Shown here piece by piece: positions 38,420 to 47,411 of a stretch of 64,000 nucleotides of DNA. Numbering within the stretch: the first letter of the stretch is position 1; every line of letters starts with the position of its first letter. The notes under the pieces were generated by a model that searched no databases, was not told the DNA's origin, and saw nothing but the letters and a program-made list of their open reading frames with translations. Source of the DNA: Gammaproteobacteria bacterium (GTDB lineage: Bacteria > Pseudomonadota > Gammaproteobacteria > Pseudomonadales > Pseudohongiellaceae); the NCBI GenBank assembly GCA_030832825.1, contig JAURIJ010000009.1, positions 8,902 through 72,901 on the forward strand, in the 5' to 3' direction. Made by a program: the position numbers and the translations under genes.

Positions 38420-39425
38420 GCGTCATTTCGGAGTGAACAAAGGGGTAGGCGTCTTCCAGACCCATGCTGCGATTGAGCGCATTCATGGCAACGGAAACCC
38501 GTGACCACTGCCACAGACACCATTCGATGTCGGGCTGACGTCGCAGGTCCATGACGCCGCCCGGCACCAGGCCATAGTCTGACGCTGTCTCCAGCGTATC
38601 CATCATGTGCAGATAGTGCGCCCAGCACTCCGCCCAGTCCTCCAGCGGATGCGCCTGGGCGTAGGCACTGATCATCTCGGGCCACTTCTTTGGCGGCATG
38701 GGCTGCGTGTAATGGCGAGCCAGCGCGGCGTCGTAGTCCTCCCGCTCGTCCCCGAACAGCTCCCTGAAACCCTCGAGTGCCCCCTGCCGCACCACACACT
38801 GCTCGAAGAAGTAATGCCCGCTTTCGTGACGCAGGTGCCCCAGCAGGGTTCTGTAGGACTCGCCCAGCCCCTGCCGCATCTTCTCGCGCTCGACATGGTC
38901 AGCCTCGGCGAGATTCACCGTGATGAGCCCCTGCCAATGCCCGGTCAGCACATGCTGCTCCAGCACTTTCGGATTGGAACGCTGATCTTCAAGAAACGCG
39001 AAGGCAAGACCCTCGCTCTGCGACTCGGACTTGGACATCACGGGCAGCCCCATGGCCAGCAAGGTGAACAGCAGACGACGCTTGGCCTGCTCCAGCCGCG
39101 CCCAGCGCTCGCGACGCAGCGGTGCCTGGGTGCTCGATTCGAGGCCAGGCACGATGTGATTCAGGCGGCAGGAGAGGCAGTATTGCTGATCAGAGTCACT
39201 GACCAGCCAATTGCAGACATGAAAGTCGAGGTCATTGCGGCACAGACGGTATGTGAGCTCGGTATCGGCACAGCGCCACGAGCCCCCGGCGGGGTCCGCG
39301 TGATCCGGCTCGAGTGCCAGCAGTTCTCCGCGCTGAGGATCGAATCCGAGGCGACGCCTGCACGCCGTGCACAGGGTGTTCTCGAAGAATACTCCCTGGC
39401 CGCAGACGCAGGTGAAATTTCTCAT
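38346..39425 (-). CDS. Zinc-ribbon + zincin-like metallopeptidase ('putative zinc-binding peptidase' family)
   Basis: 359-aa ORF with N-terminal Cys clusters (CVCG...CTAC, CLSC) and the HExxH motif LGHLRHESGHYFFE. ATGA overlap with the alpha-E stop (39422..39425). Confidence 0.85.
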   Translation of the reverse strand: MRNFTCVCGQGVFFENTLCTACRRRLGFDPQRGELLALEPDHADPAGGSWRCADTELTYRLCRNDLDFHVCNWLVSDSDQQYCLSCRLNHIVPGLESSTQAPLRRERWARLEQAKRRLLFTLLAMGLPVMSKSESQSEGLAFAFLEDQRSNPKVLEQHVLTGHWQGLITVNLAEADHVEREKMRQGLGESYRTLLGHLRHESGHYFFEQCVVRQGALEGFRELFGDEREDYDAALARHYTQPMPPKKWPEMISAYAQAHPLEDWAECWAHYLHMMDTLETASDYGLVPGGVMDLRRQPDIEWCLWQWSRVSVAMNALNRSMGLEDAYPFVHSEMTLRKLRYVHQRIYPSSMPTQMEASV

Positions 39426-40390
39426 GCGGACTGTTGTTGACCGCTGACCACTGGCAGAAACCAGGTCTGCGTGATGCGGGCATGCACTTCGGCAATCTGG
39501 ATCTGCAGCGCATCAATGTATGCGAGCAGGCCCTGCTGCAACAGCAGCGGGATGTCCGCGTCATTGGCCATGGCCTGCACCCGGGCGACTTCCACCAGGG
39601 CAGCGCCGTTGTTCGGCAAGGCCTGCAGACAGGACTCAAGCTTGGCGAGACTGTGCACGACCGAGCGCGGAAACTGACGATCCTGCAACAGGAAGGTGAC
39701 GACATCCTCGCCGTTCACGCGATCGAGCACATGCTGGCGATACATCTGGTAGGCGCTGAGCGAGTTGAGCACCGCCATCCAGATCATGTTCTCGAAGGGC
39801 TCGATCTGCTCGGACTTCACGCCCTGGGTGAGCCCCGGCAGCAGCGTGACGGAGCCGACATCGACGATGCGCGTCGTCATGTCCGCACGCTCGAGACTGC
39901 GCGCGATGCGGATGAAGTTGTAGCCACTGTTGTGACTCATGGTGCCCGCGAACAGACCAGCGATCTGCTGGCAATGTGCGATGATCTGATTCAGCAGATG
40001 GTGCCGTGGCCCGCGGGCCACGCCCTTGCTGGCATTCTCCTTGGCGAACAGATACAGATTGTTGATCTGCTCCCAGGCTTCCGAGGGAATGATCTCGCGC
40101 GTGGTGCGGGCGTTCTCGCGCGCCATGGAAAGCGAACTGAGAATGGAGCTGTAATTGCTGGTGTCCGAGAGCAGGAAGCGGATGACGGAGCGCTCGTCGG
40201 GCGCCTGATACTTGTCGGCGAACTCCGCATGACTGCCGGTGATGTCCACCAGCGTGTGCCAGCCGATCTTGGCCCCACGCGGAAGATCCAGCAGCAGTGT
40301 GGAATAGACGTTCAGAAGTCGCGCCGTGTTTTCGGCACGCTCGAGATATCTGCCCAGCCAGTAGATACGTTCGGCAACCCGCGACAGCAT
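39422..40390 (-). CDS. Alpha-E domain protein
   Basis: 322-aa ORF starting MLSRVAERIYWLGRYLERAENTARLLNV, the hallmark alpha-E N-terminus. It lies 3 nt downstream of the ATP-grasp gene. Confidence 0.9.
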   Translation of the reverse strand: MLSRVAERIYWLGRYLERAENTARLLNVYSTLLLDLPRGAKIGWHTLVDITGSHAEFADKYQAPDERSVIRFLLSDTSNYSSILSSLSMARENARTTREIIPSEAWEQINNLYLFAKENASKGVARGPRHHLLNQIIAHCQQIAGLFAGTMSHNSGYNFIRIARSLERADMTTRIVDVGSVTLLPGLTQGVKSEQIEPFENMIWMAVLNSLSAYQMYRQHVLDRVNGEDVVTFLLQDRQFPRSVVHSLAKLESCLQALPNNGAALVEVARVQAMANDADIPLLLQQGLLAYIDALQIQIAEVHARITQTWFLPVVSGQQQSA

Positions 40391-40393
40391 GAC

Positions 40394-41842
40394 TCAGCGC
40401 TCCTCTTCCGTGACGATCCAGGTGTCCTTGCTGCCGCCGCCCTGTGAAGAATTGACGACATAGGACCCCTTCACCATCGCCACGCGTGTCAGCCCTCCAG
40501 GCGTGACATAGATGTCGCGGCCCTGGAGGATGAACGGTCGCAGATCGATGTGGCGCGGCTCTGCCCCGCGCTCGCCCAGCACAGGCGCCGTCGACAGGGA
40601 GATGAGCGGCTGCGCCATGTAGTTGCGTGGATTGGCCTTGATGCGGCGCGCAAACTCCTCGCGCTCCTTCTTGCTGGCCTGCGGCCCCATCAGCATGCCG
40701 TATCCACCGGATTCGTTGGCGGGCTTGACCACCAGCTTGTCGAGATTTTCCAGCACGTACTTACACTGCTTCTCGTCGATGCACAGATAGCTGGGGACAT
40801 TCTCCAGAATGGGCTCTTCACCGAGGTAATACTTGATCATGGCCGGCACATAGGTGTAGATGACCTTGTCATCGGCCACCCCAGCGCCAGGCGCATTCGC
40901 CAGGGCCACATTGCCCTTGAGCCACGCACGCATGAGACCCGGCACCCCCAGCACGGAATCAGGGTGGAACACCTGCGGATCGAGGAACATGTCATCGATG
41001 CGGCGGTAGATCACATCCACCCGAGACAGGCCGTTGATGGTGCGCATGTAGACGCAGTCGTCCTCCACTACTAGATCACCGCCTTCCACGAGTTCGGCGC
41101 CCATGCGCTGAGCCAGGAAGGAATGTTCAAAATAGGCGGAGTTGTAGATGCCCGGCGTCAGCACGACAACTTCGGGATAATCGAGCGGACGCGGCGAGAT
41201 GGCAGCCAGCATGTCGAACAATTGCGTGGTGTATTCGGTGATCGGGAGAATGTTGTAGTTCTCGAACAACTCCGGGAACACGCGCTTGGTGACCTTGCGA
41301 TTCTCCAGCATGTAGGACACGCCGGAGGGCACGCGCAGATTGTCTTCCAGCACATAGAACTGGCCGTTGGTGTCACGGATCAGATCAGTGCCGCAGATGT
41401 GCGCCCAGACATCGAAGCGCGGCTTCATGCCCACGCATTCGTTGCGGAAATTGGCGGACTTCGCAATCAACTCCGCAGGCACCACCTTGTCTTTCAGGAT
41501 CTTCTGATCGTTGTAGACATCGTGAATGAAACAGTTCAATGCACGCAGGCGTTGCTCAAGGCCTTTGCTTGTCGAGCGCCATTGTGTTTCCGTGATGATT
41601 CTGGGAATAATGTCGAACGGCCACTCGCGATCGATGTTGCCCGCTTCGCTGTAAACCGTGAACGAAATTCCCATCGCCTTGATGGCAAGTTCAGCAGCTG
41701 TCTTGCGCTGCTGCAGCTCTTCGTTCTTGAGGGAAGCGAGATAACGGGCGAGGATGCGACCAGACTTTCGAGCATGCCCTGGCGATCTGATCAGCTCGTC
41801 ATAGAACGCTCCGGGATCATATGTTTTCCAGTCGATACGCAT
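40394..41842 (-). CDS. Circularly permuted type-2 ATP-grasp protein
   Basis: 482-aa ORF with typical blocks: FTVYSE...REWPFD.IPR, VLEDNLRVPSGVSYMLENR, VVKPANESGGYGML and C-terminal NSSQGGGSKDTWV-like. Confidence 0.9.
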   Translation of the reverse strand: MRIDWKTYDPGAFYDELIRSPGHARKSGRILARYLASLKNEELQQRKTAAELAIKAMGISFTVYSEAGNIDREWPFDIIPRIITETQWRSTSKGLEQRLRALNCFIHDVYNDQKILKDKVVPAELIAKSANFRNECVGMKPRFDVWAHICGTDLIRDTNGQFYVLEDNLRVPSGVSYMLENRKVTKRVFPELFENYNILPITEYTTQLFDMLAAISPRPLDYPEVVVLTPGIYNSAYFEHSFLAQRMGAELVEGGDLVVEDDCVYMRTINGLSRVDVIYRRIDDMFLDPQVFHPDSVLGVPGLMRAWLKGNVALANAPGAGVADDKVIYTYVPAMIKYYLGEEPILENVPSYLCIDEKQCKYVLENLDKLVVKPANESGGYGMLMGPQASKKEREEFARRIKANPRNYMAQPLISLSTAPVLGERGAEPRHIDLRPFILQGRDIYVTPGGLTRVAMVKGSYVVNSSQGGGSKDTWIVTEEER

Positions 41843-41861
41843 ATGCGAGTCACATTACCTT

Positions 41862-44800
41862 ATGACAATTAAAGTAGCAATACACCACCAGACGACGTAT
41901 AAATTCGACCGTCTTGTACCGATTTTTCCACATGTCGTGAGACTGCGGCCTGCACCACATTGTCGCACGCCCATCAGCGCCTACTCGCTCAAGATTTCTC
42001 CTGCCACGCATTTCATCAACTCGCAGCAGGATCCCTTTTCGAACCATTTGGCACGTCTTGTGTTTCCAGAACAAGCGCGCGAACTTTCCATCACGGTCGA
42101 ACTGATTGCCGACATGACCGTGATCAATCCCTTCGACTTTTTCGTCGAGGAAAGTGCCGAACATTTCCCATTTCAATACGACGCGCAATTGTCACGTGAT
42201 CTGGCACCTTATCTTGAAGTCGAGACACCGGGACCGCAGATGCGGGAGTGGCTGAAAGGCGTCAACGCGTCGCGCCAACCCATCGTGAGTTTCCTCACTG
42301 GCGAGAATTCCCGCACGCAGCGCGGCATCAATTACATCATCCGCATGGAGCCCGGCGTGCAGAGCTGCGAGGAATCGCTGGAGCGCAAGCTGGGTTCCTG
42401 CCGCGACAGCGCCTGGCTGCTGGTGCAGACCTTGCGCCACATGGGACTGGCGGCACGTTTCGCGTCGGGCTACCTCGTGCAGCTGAGTGCCGATATCCGA
42501 GCCATTGATGGCCCTTCCGGCCCGGGCGAGGATTTCACCGATCTGCATGCCTGGACGGAAGTGTTCATTCCCGGCGCCGGCTGGATCGGCCTCGATCCGA
42601 CCTCCGGACTGCTGGCCGCTGAAGGCCATATTCCTCTGGCCTGCACGCCGGACCCGATCAGCGCCGCGCCCATTTCGGGCGCGACCGGTGTCTGCGAGGT
42701 CGAGTTCTTCCACGAAAACAGCGTCACCCGGATTCACGAGGACCCGCGTGTCACCAAGCCCTACACCAACGAGCAATGGCAGACCATCGATGCCCTCGGC
42801 CAGCGCGTGGACGAGGAGCTGGCCGCGAACGATGTGCGGCTGACCGTCGGCGGCGAACCCACCTTCATCTCCATCGACGACATGCAGAGCGCGCAGTGGA
42901 ACACGGCCGCTCTCGGCAAGGACAAGCGCAGGCTGGCGGGTGAGCTGCTGCTGGCGCTGAAGAAGCATTATGGACCCGAAGGTATAATTCACATCGGCCA
43001 GGGCAAGTGGTACCCGGGCGAACCCCTGCCGCGCTGGGCGCTGGGGCTGTTCTGGCGCATCGACGGCAAGGCGCTCTGGCACAATCCCCAGCTGCTGGCC
43101 GATGATCGCATTCCCGGCCCCTGCAGCAGTCGCCAGGCCGCCGGTTTCATCACCGCGCTGGCTCGCCGCCTCGGCATCAGTCCGCGCTACGTGCTGCCGG
43201 CCTTCGAGAACAAGGAGCATTACCTGCGCCGCGAGGCGGAACTGCCCGCAAACGTCAGCCTGTGGGACAACAAGCTGCTCGATCCGCTGGAAAGTGCGCG
43301 CTTGAAGCGCGTGTTCAGCCACGGGCTCGACAAGGAAAGCGGCTATGTGCTGCCGCTCGGCTCGACGGTGCACGAGGGCGGCATTCGCTGGCTGAGCTCG
43401 CGCTGGTATTTCCGCAAGGAGAAACTCACGCTGATTCCGGGTGACTCGCCCATCGGCCTGCGCCTGCCGCTCGACAGCCTGCCCTGGCAGGAGCCTGACG
43501 CGCTGGCGCAGGAACATGCACCTGACCCCTTCGCCCCGCTCGCCGAGCTGCCCTATCCGCTGCTGCAGGAAGAGGACAGCGAAGCCCTCGACGCTGGGGA
43601 ATCCAGTGACGGGCGCATCTTCCACACCGCGCTGTGCGCGGAAGTGCGGGATGGTCGGCTGTACCTGTTCCTGCCGCCGCAGACAGACCTGGAGCGCTAC
43701 GTGGCCCTGATCGCCGCCATCGAGGCGACCGCGGAGGCACTGACCTGCCCCGTGGTGCTGGAAGGCTACGAACCACCGCGCGATCCGCGCCTGCAGAAGA
43801 TGCTGATCACGCCGGACCCGGGCGTGATCGAAGTGAATGTGCAGCCCGCCTCCAGCTGGCCGGAGCTGACGCATATCGTGCACACCCTCTACGAAGAGGC
43901 GCGGCAGACGCGTCTGGGCACCGAGAAGTTCATGCTGGATGGACGCCACACCGGCACTGGCGGCGGCAATCATGTGACACTCGGCGCCGCGAAGCCCGAG
44001 GACAGCCCCTTCCTGCGCCGCCCCGATCTGCTGGGCAGCCTGCTGCGTTTCTGGCAGAACCACCCGAGCCTGTCCTATCTTTTCTCGGGCCAGTTCATCG
44101 GCCCTACCAGTCAGGCACCGCGAGTGGATGAAGCCCGTGACGACAATCTCTATGAACTGGAGATTGCCCTGCAGCAGCTAGAGAGCGAGACGAAAGGGCA
44201 GTACTGGCTCGTCGACCGCATCCTGCGCAATTTCCTGGTGGATCTCACAGGCAACACGCACCGCGCCGAGTTCTGCATCGACAAGCTGTATTCGCCGGAC
44301 AGCGCCAGCGGGCGTCTGGGGATCGTCGAGTTCCGCAATTTCGAGATGCCGCCGCACTGGCAGATGAGCGCCCTGCAGGTGCTGCTGCTGCGCACACTGG
44401 TGGCCCATTTCTGGCAGAAGCCTTACACACGACCTCTGATCAACTGGGGCACCGAGCTGCATGACCGCTTCATGCTGCCGCACTTCGTGTGGGAGGACCT
44501 GGGCTGGGTGATCGACGATCTGAACAAGGCGGGCTATCCGCTGCAACTGGACTGGTTCGCGCCCTTCCAGGAATTCCGCTTCCCGCACTACGGCACCATC
44601 CATGTGGCCGGCATCCAGCTGGAGCTGCACCGAGCCATCGAGCCATGGCATGTGCTGGGCGAGGAGTCCACCGGACAAGGCACCGCGCGCTACGTGGATT
44701 CCTCGGTGGAGCGCCTGCAGATCCGCACGCGCAACATGACGGGCAACCGTTTCATCGTGACCTGCAACGGGCGCAAGGTGCCGCTGCGCAGCACCGGCAC

Positions 44801-45128
44801 CGAGGGCGAGTTCGTCGGGGGAGTTCGTTACAAGGCCTGGGCGCCATGGTCAGCGCTGCATCCCACCATCGGTGTGCATTCGCCCCTGGTGATCGACGTG
44901 GTGGACATCCATCACCAGCGTTCTCTGGGCGGCTGCACCTATCACGTGGCACACCCGGGAGGTCGCAACTACGAGACTTTCCCGGTCAATGCCAACGAGG
45001 CGGAAGCGCGCCGCGGGGCGCGCTTCTGGCAGCATGGGCATACCCAGGGAGTGATGACGCTGGATCTGGGCGAGCCGCATGAAGCGCATCCCTACACGCT
45101 GGACATGCGCTTCCGGGCTCGCCGCTGA
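41862..45128 (+). CDS. Large transglutaminase-family protein (Bact_transglu_N + transglutaminase core + DUF2126-like C-terminal region)
   Basis: 1088-aa ORF with N-terminus MTIKVAIHHQTTYKFDR...VRLRPAPH. Cys/His/Asp contexts GSCRDSAWLL, DLHAWTEVF and GLDPTSG, followed by a long C-terminal extension. Confidence 0.9.
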   Translation: MTIKVAIHHQTTYKFDRLVPIFPHVVRLRPAPHCRTPISAYSLKISPATHFINSQQDPFSNHLARLVFPEQARELSITVELIADMTVINPFDFFVEESAEHFPFQYDAQLSRDLAPYLEVETPGPQMREWLKGVNASRQPIVSFLTGENSRTQRGINYIIRMEPGVQSCEESLERKLGSCRDSAWLLVQTLRHMGLAARFASGYLVQLSADIRAIDGPSGPGEDFTDLHAWTEVFIPGAGWIGLDPTSGLLAAEGHIPLACTPDPISAAPISGATGVCEVEFFHENSVTRIHEDPRVTKPYTNEQWQTIDALGQRVDEELAANDVRLTVGGEPTFISIDDMQSAQWNTAALGKDKRRLAGELLLALKKHYGPEGIIHIGQGKWYPGEPLPRWALGLFWRIDGKALWHNPQLLADDRIPGPCSSRQAAGFITALARRLGISPRYVLPAFENKEHYLRREAELPANVSLWDNKLLDPLESARLKRVFSHGLDKESGYVLPLGSTVHEGGIRWLSSRWYFRKEKLTLIPGDSPIGLRLPLDSLPWQEPDALAQEHAPDPFAPLAELPYPLLQEEDSEALDAGESSDGRIFHTALCAEVRDGRLYLFLPPQTDLERYVALIAAIEATAEALTCPVVLEGYEPPRDPRLQKMLITPDPGVIEVNVQPASSWPELTHIVHTLYEEARQTRLGTEKFMLDGRHTGTGGGNHVTLGAAKPEDSPFLRRPDLLGSLLRFWQNHPSLSYLFSGQFIGPTSQAPRVDEARDDNLYELEIALQQLESETKGQYWLVDRILRNFLVDLTGNTHRAEFCIDKLYSPDSASGRLGIVEFRNFEMPPHWQMSALQVLLLRTLVAHFWQKPYTRPLINWGTELHDRFMLPHFVWEDLGWVIDDLNKAGYPLQLDWFAPFQEFRFPHYGTIHVAGIQLELHRAIEPWHVLGEESTGQGTARYVDSSVERLQIRTRNMTGNRFIVTCNGRKVPLRSTGTEGEFVGGVRYKAWAPWSALHPTIGVHSPLVIDVVDIHHQRSLGGCTYHVAHPGGRNYETFPVNANEAEARRGARFWQHGHTQGVMTLDLGEPHEAHPYTLDMRFRARR

Positions 45129-45131
45129 GTG

Positions 45132-46013
45132 TCAGCCCGCGTTGCGCAGGGCGGCGATGCGGGCGGTAAGCGGCGGGTGGGACATCAGCAGGCCGGCCAG
45201 GGAACCCATGCCCTTGCTGTTGATGCCGAAGGCCACCAGTTCATCCGGCAGGGCAGCCGCCTGCCCCCTCTGCAGCCGCTCCAGGGCGGCGATCATGTTC
45301 TGCCGGCCCGCCAGGCGGGCACCGCCCGCATCGGCGCGGAATTCACGCTGACGGCTGAACCACATCACGATGATGGACGCCAGGATGCCCAGCACCAGCT
45401 CCGCCACGATGGTGGTGATCCAGAACGCCGGACCATGCCCGCGCTCGGTCTTGAAGACCACGCGGTCCACGAAGTGACCGATCACCCGCGAGAAGAAGAT
45501 CACGAAGGTGTTCACCACGCCCTGAATGAGCGTGAGCGTCACCATGTCGCCATTGGCCACGTGACTCACTTCATGAGCCAGCACCGCCTCAGCCTCCGGG
45601 CGCGTCATGTTCTGCAGCAGCCCGGTGCTCACCGCCACCAGGGAACTGTTGCGCGAGGCGCCCGTGGCGAAGGCGTTCACCTGGGGCGAATCGAAGATGG
45701 CCACCTCGGGCATGCCGATGCCGGCTTCCTGGGCCTGACGACGCACTGTCTCCACCAGCCACTGCTCGGTGCTGTTGGCGGGCGAGGCAATGACACGGGC
45801 GCCGGTGCTGCGCTTGGCCATCCACTTGGACATGGCCAGCGAGATGAAGGCGCCGCCGAAGCCGAAGACGGACGAGAAGATCAGCAGGCTGTTCAGATCC
45901 AGCCCGGCGCCCTGTTCGTCGAGAATGCGTTCCACACCGAGCAGCCGCAGCGTGATGCTCAGGACAACAATGATGGCCAGGTTGGTCATCAGGAACAGTG
46001 CTATGCGTTTCAT
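45132..46013 (-). CDS. htpX: Protease HtpX (M48 zinc metalloprotease)
   Basis: 293-aa ORF with [19 protein letters not shown] and the HEVSH zinc motif ([14 protein letters not shown]). Confidence 0.93.
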   Translation of the reverse strand: MKRIALFLMTNLAIIVVLSITLRLLGVERILDEQGAGLDLNSLLIFSSVFGFGGAFISLAMSKWMAKRSTGARVIASPANSTEQWLVETVRRQAQEAGIGMPEVAIFDSPQVNAFATGASRNSSLVAVSTGLLQNMTRPEAEAVLAHEVSHVANGDMVTLTLIQGVVNTFVIFFSRVIGHFVDRVVFKTERGHGPAFWITTIVAELVLGILASIIVMWFSRQREFRADAGGARLAGRQNMIAALERLQRGQAAALPDELVAFGINSKGMGSLAGLLMSHPPLTARIAALRNAG

Positions 46014-46037
46014 GGCGCGTCGAAGCCTCCTCGAGTG

Positions 46038-47411
46038 TCAGCCCAGCAGAGACTCGATGTCGTCTGCCCGGGCAGGTGGATGGATCAGGTGCTGTTCCGC
46101 GTCATAGAGCGGATCGCTGCGTGGCATCTCGCGGAAGATCAGGTCAAAGTGCTTCTGCACCCGTCCCAGGTTCACCACCGAGATGCCACTGGAGAAACCG
46201 AACCAGACGTACAATCCATTCATGTTGCGGAAAATGGCAGGGATATGATGGGGGCCGGCAATGGTGCCTTCAAGGTAATGCTGGTAGAGGATCGGGATGT
46301 CGTCCAGCGTCACCTTGCCCACGAACAGCATGGGTATGATCTCCGGCACGCCGGCGTTGATGGCGCTGCGGATGAAGTTCACGTTCTCGACGAAGCCACG
46401 CAGATACGACAGGTCCTTGGTGAACGCCGAGCCTCCGGCGAGCATGCCGCCCCGGAATACCCGCTGGGTGATGCGATAGCTTTCGCGTTCGGTGAGACCG
46501 CGGTTCACGAAGTGGCGATAGACCTCGATGAAATCCGCGCCCTGCTCCGCCATGTCCACAGCCACCACGCGATCGCTCACCCGCAGCGCACGCTGCGGGT
46601 AGGAGCTGAATGTGAGGGTTTCCATCAGCACGGCCAGGCCTTCCTGACACGCCGTCACCCGGGGTGAACCCACGCTGAGCCAGCTGGCCCAGGGCTGGCG
46701 GCGCCCGTTCAGCGTGGTGCCCACGTGCACCCAGCCCTCGTGGACCTCCAGGATCTGCAGGTCGAACTCGGAGAAGTCGGAATCCTGGTTGATCTTGATG
46801 TAGTCACCGCCGGCCGCCGCGTCGGACACGATGCCGTCGCTTAGCATCACGCGGATATCCCCGGCCGGAAAATAGTTCTGCAGACGCTGACGCAAGAGTC
46901 TGACGGCATCGGCCGCCGCGATGGTCTTGCCGTAGGGGCGGCTCATGTGTTCGGCCGCGGGCAGAGAGAAGATCTGGCAGAGTTTCTCGCCCAGCTTGAG
47001 CAGCGTCTTGCGGTCACCGCGCAGCCGGTCGGAGGCCGAGCCGTACAGTTCGCGGCTGATCTGCCCGAAGGCTGACTGTCCGCGGTTCTTCAGCAGGTCG
47101 ATCACCAGCAGGTACTGCTCGATGGTGGCGCACAGGATGCTGCCCAGACCGTCGTGGGCGCCGAGCTGGCGCTGCACATCCTCACGCAGTTCCCGAAAAC
47201 GTGCAGCGAGCTGGTCAGGCTGGAAGTTCAGGGCGATGGCCTCGTAGTAGGCCAGATCAACCGGTGGCAGGCGCGTGCCCTTGCCGGCGATGAAGTCCTG
47301 CTCGAAACGCGCAGGCCACTTGATGGCATCGAGTATCCGGATGGGCTGCTGCAGCGCGATCAGTCGATCCGAGAGCGTCCTGACGCGCTGGCGATACTCC
47401 GAGGGGTTCAT
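46038..47411 (-). CDS. DUF1704 / QEGLA-motif protein (MATCAP-like putative metallocarboxypeptidase)
   Basis: Start at ATG 47411, with ATGA overlap on the TerC-gene stop. The literal QEGLA motif is present ([14 protein letters not shown]), and an HExxxH motif in [11 protein letters not shown]. The longest ORF (to 47657) would run antisense-free into the upstream gene and is Arg/Pro-rich junk. Confidence 0.85.
   Translation of the reverse strand: MNPSEYRQRVRTLSDRLIALQQPIRILDAIKWPARFEQDFIAGKGTRLPPVDLAYYEAIALNFQPDQLAARFRELREDVQRQLGAHDGLGSILCATIEQYLLVIDLLKNRGQSAFGQISRELYGSASDRLRGDRKTLLKLGEKLCQIFSLPAAEHMSRPYGKTIAAADAVRLLRQRLQNYFPAGDIRVMLSDGIVSDAAAGGDYIKINQDSDFSEFDLQILEVHEGWVHVGTTLNGRRQPWASWLSVGSPRVTACQEGLAVLMETLTFSSYPQRALRVSDRVVAVDMAEQGADFIEVYRHFVNRGLTERESYRITQRVFRGGMLAGGSAFTKDLSYLRGFVENVNFIRSAINAGVPEIIPMLFVGKVTLDDIPILYQHYLEGTIAGPHHIPAIFRNMNGLYVWFGFSSGISVVNLGRVQKHFDLIFREMPRSDPLYDAEQHLIHPPARADDIESLLG

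Noticed and set aside
37195-47411. A functional link between the acidic ...DDYDDYDD... tailed protein and the MATCAP-like DUF1704 carboxypeptidase, by analogy with tubulin tail detyrosination.
   Set aside because: This is pure analogy. The genes are 8.5 kb apart in different operons, and the acidic protein does not end in Tyr.
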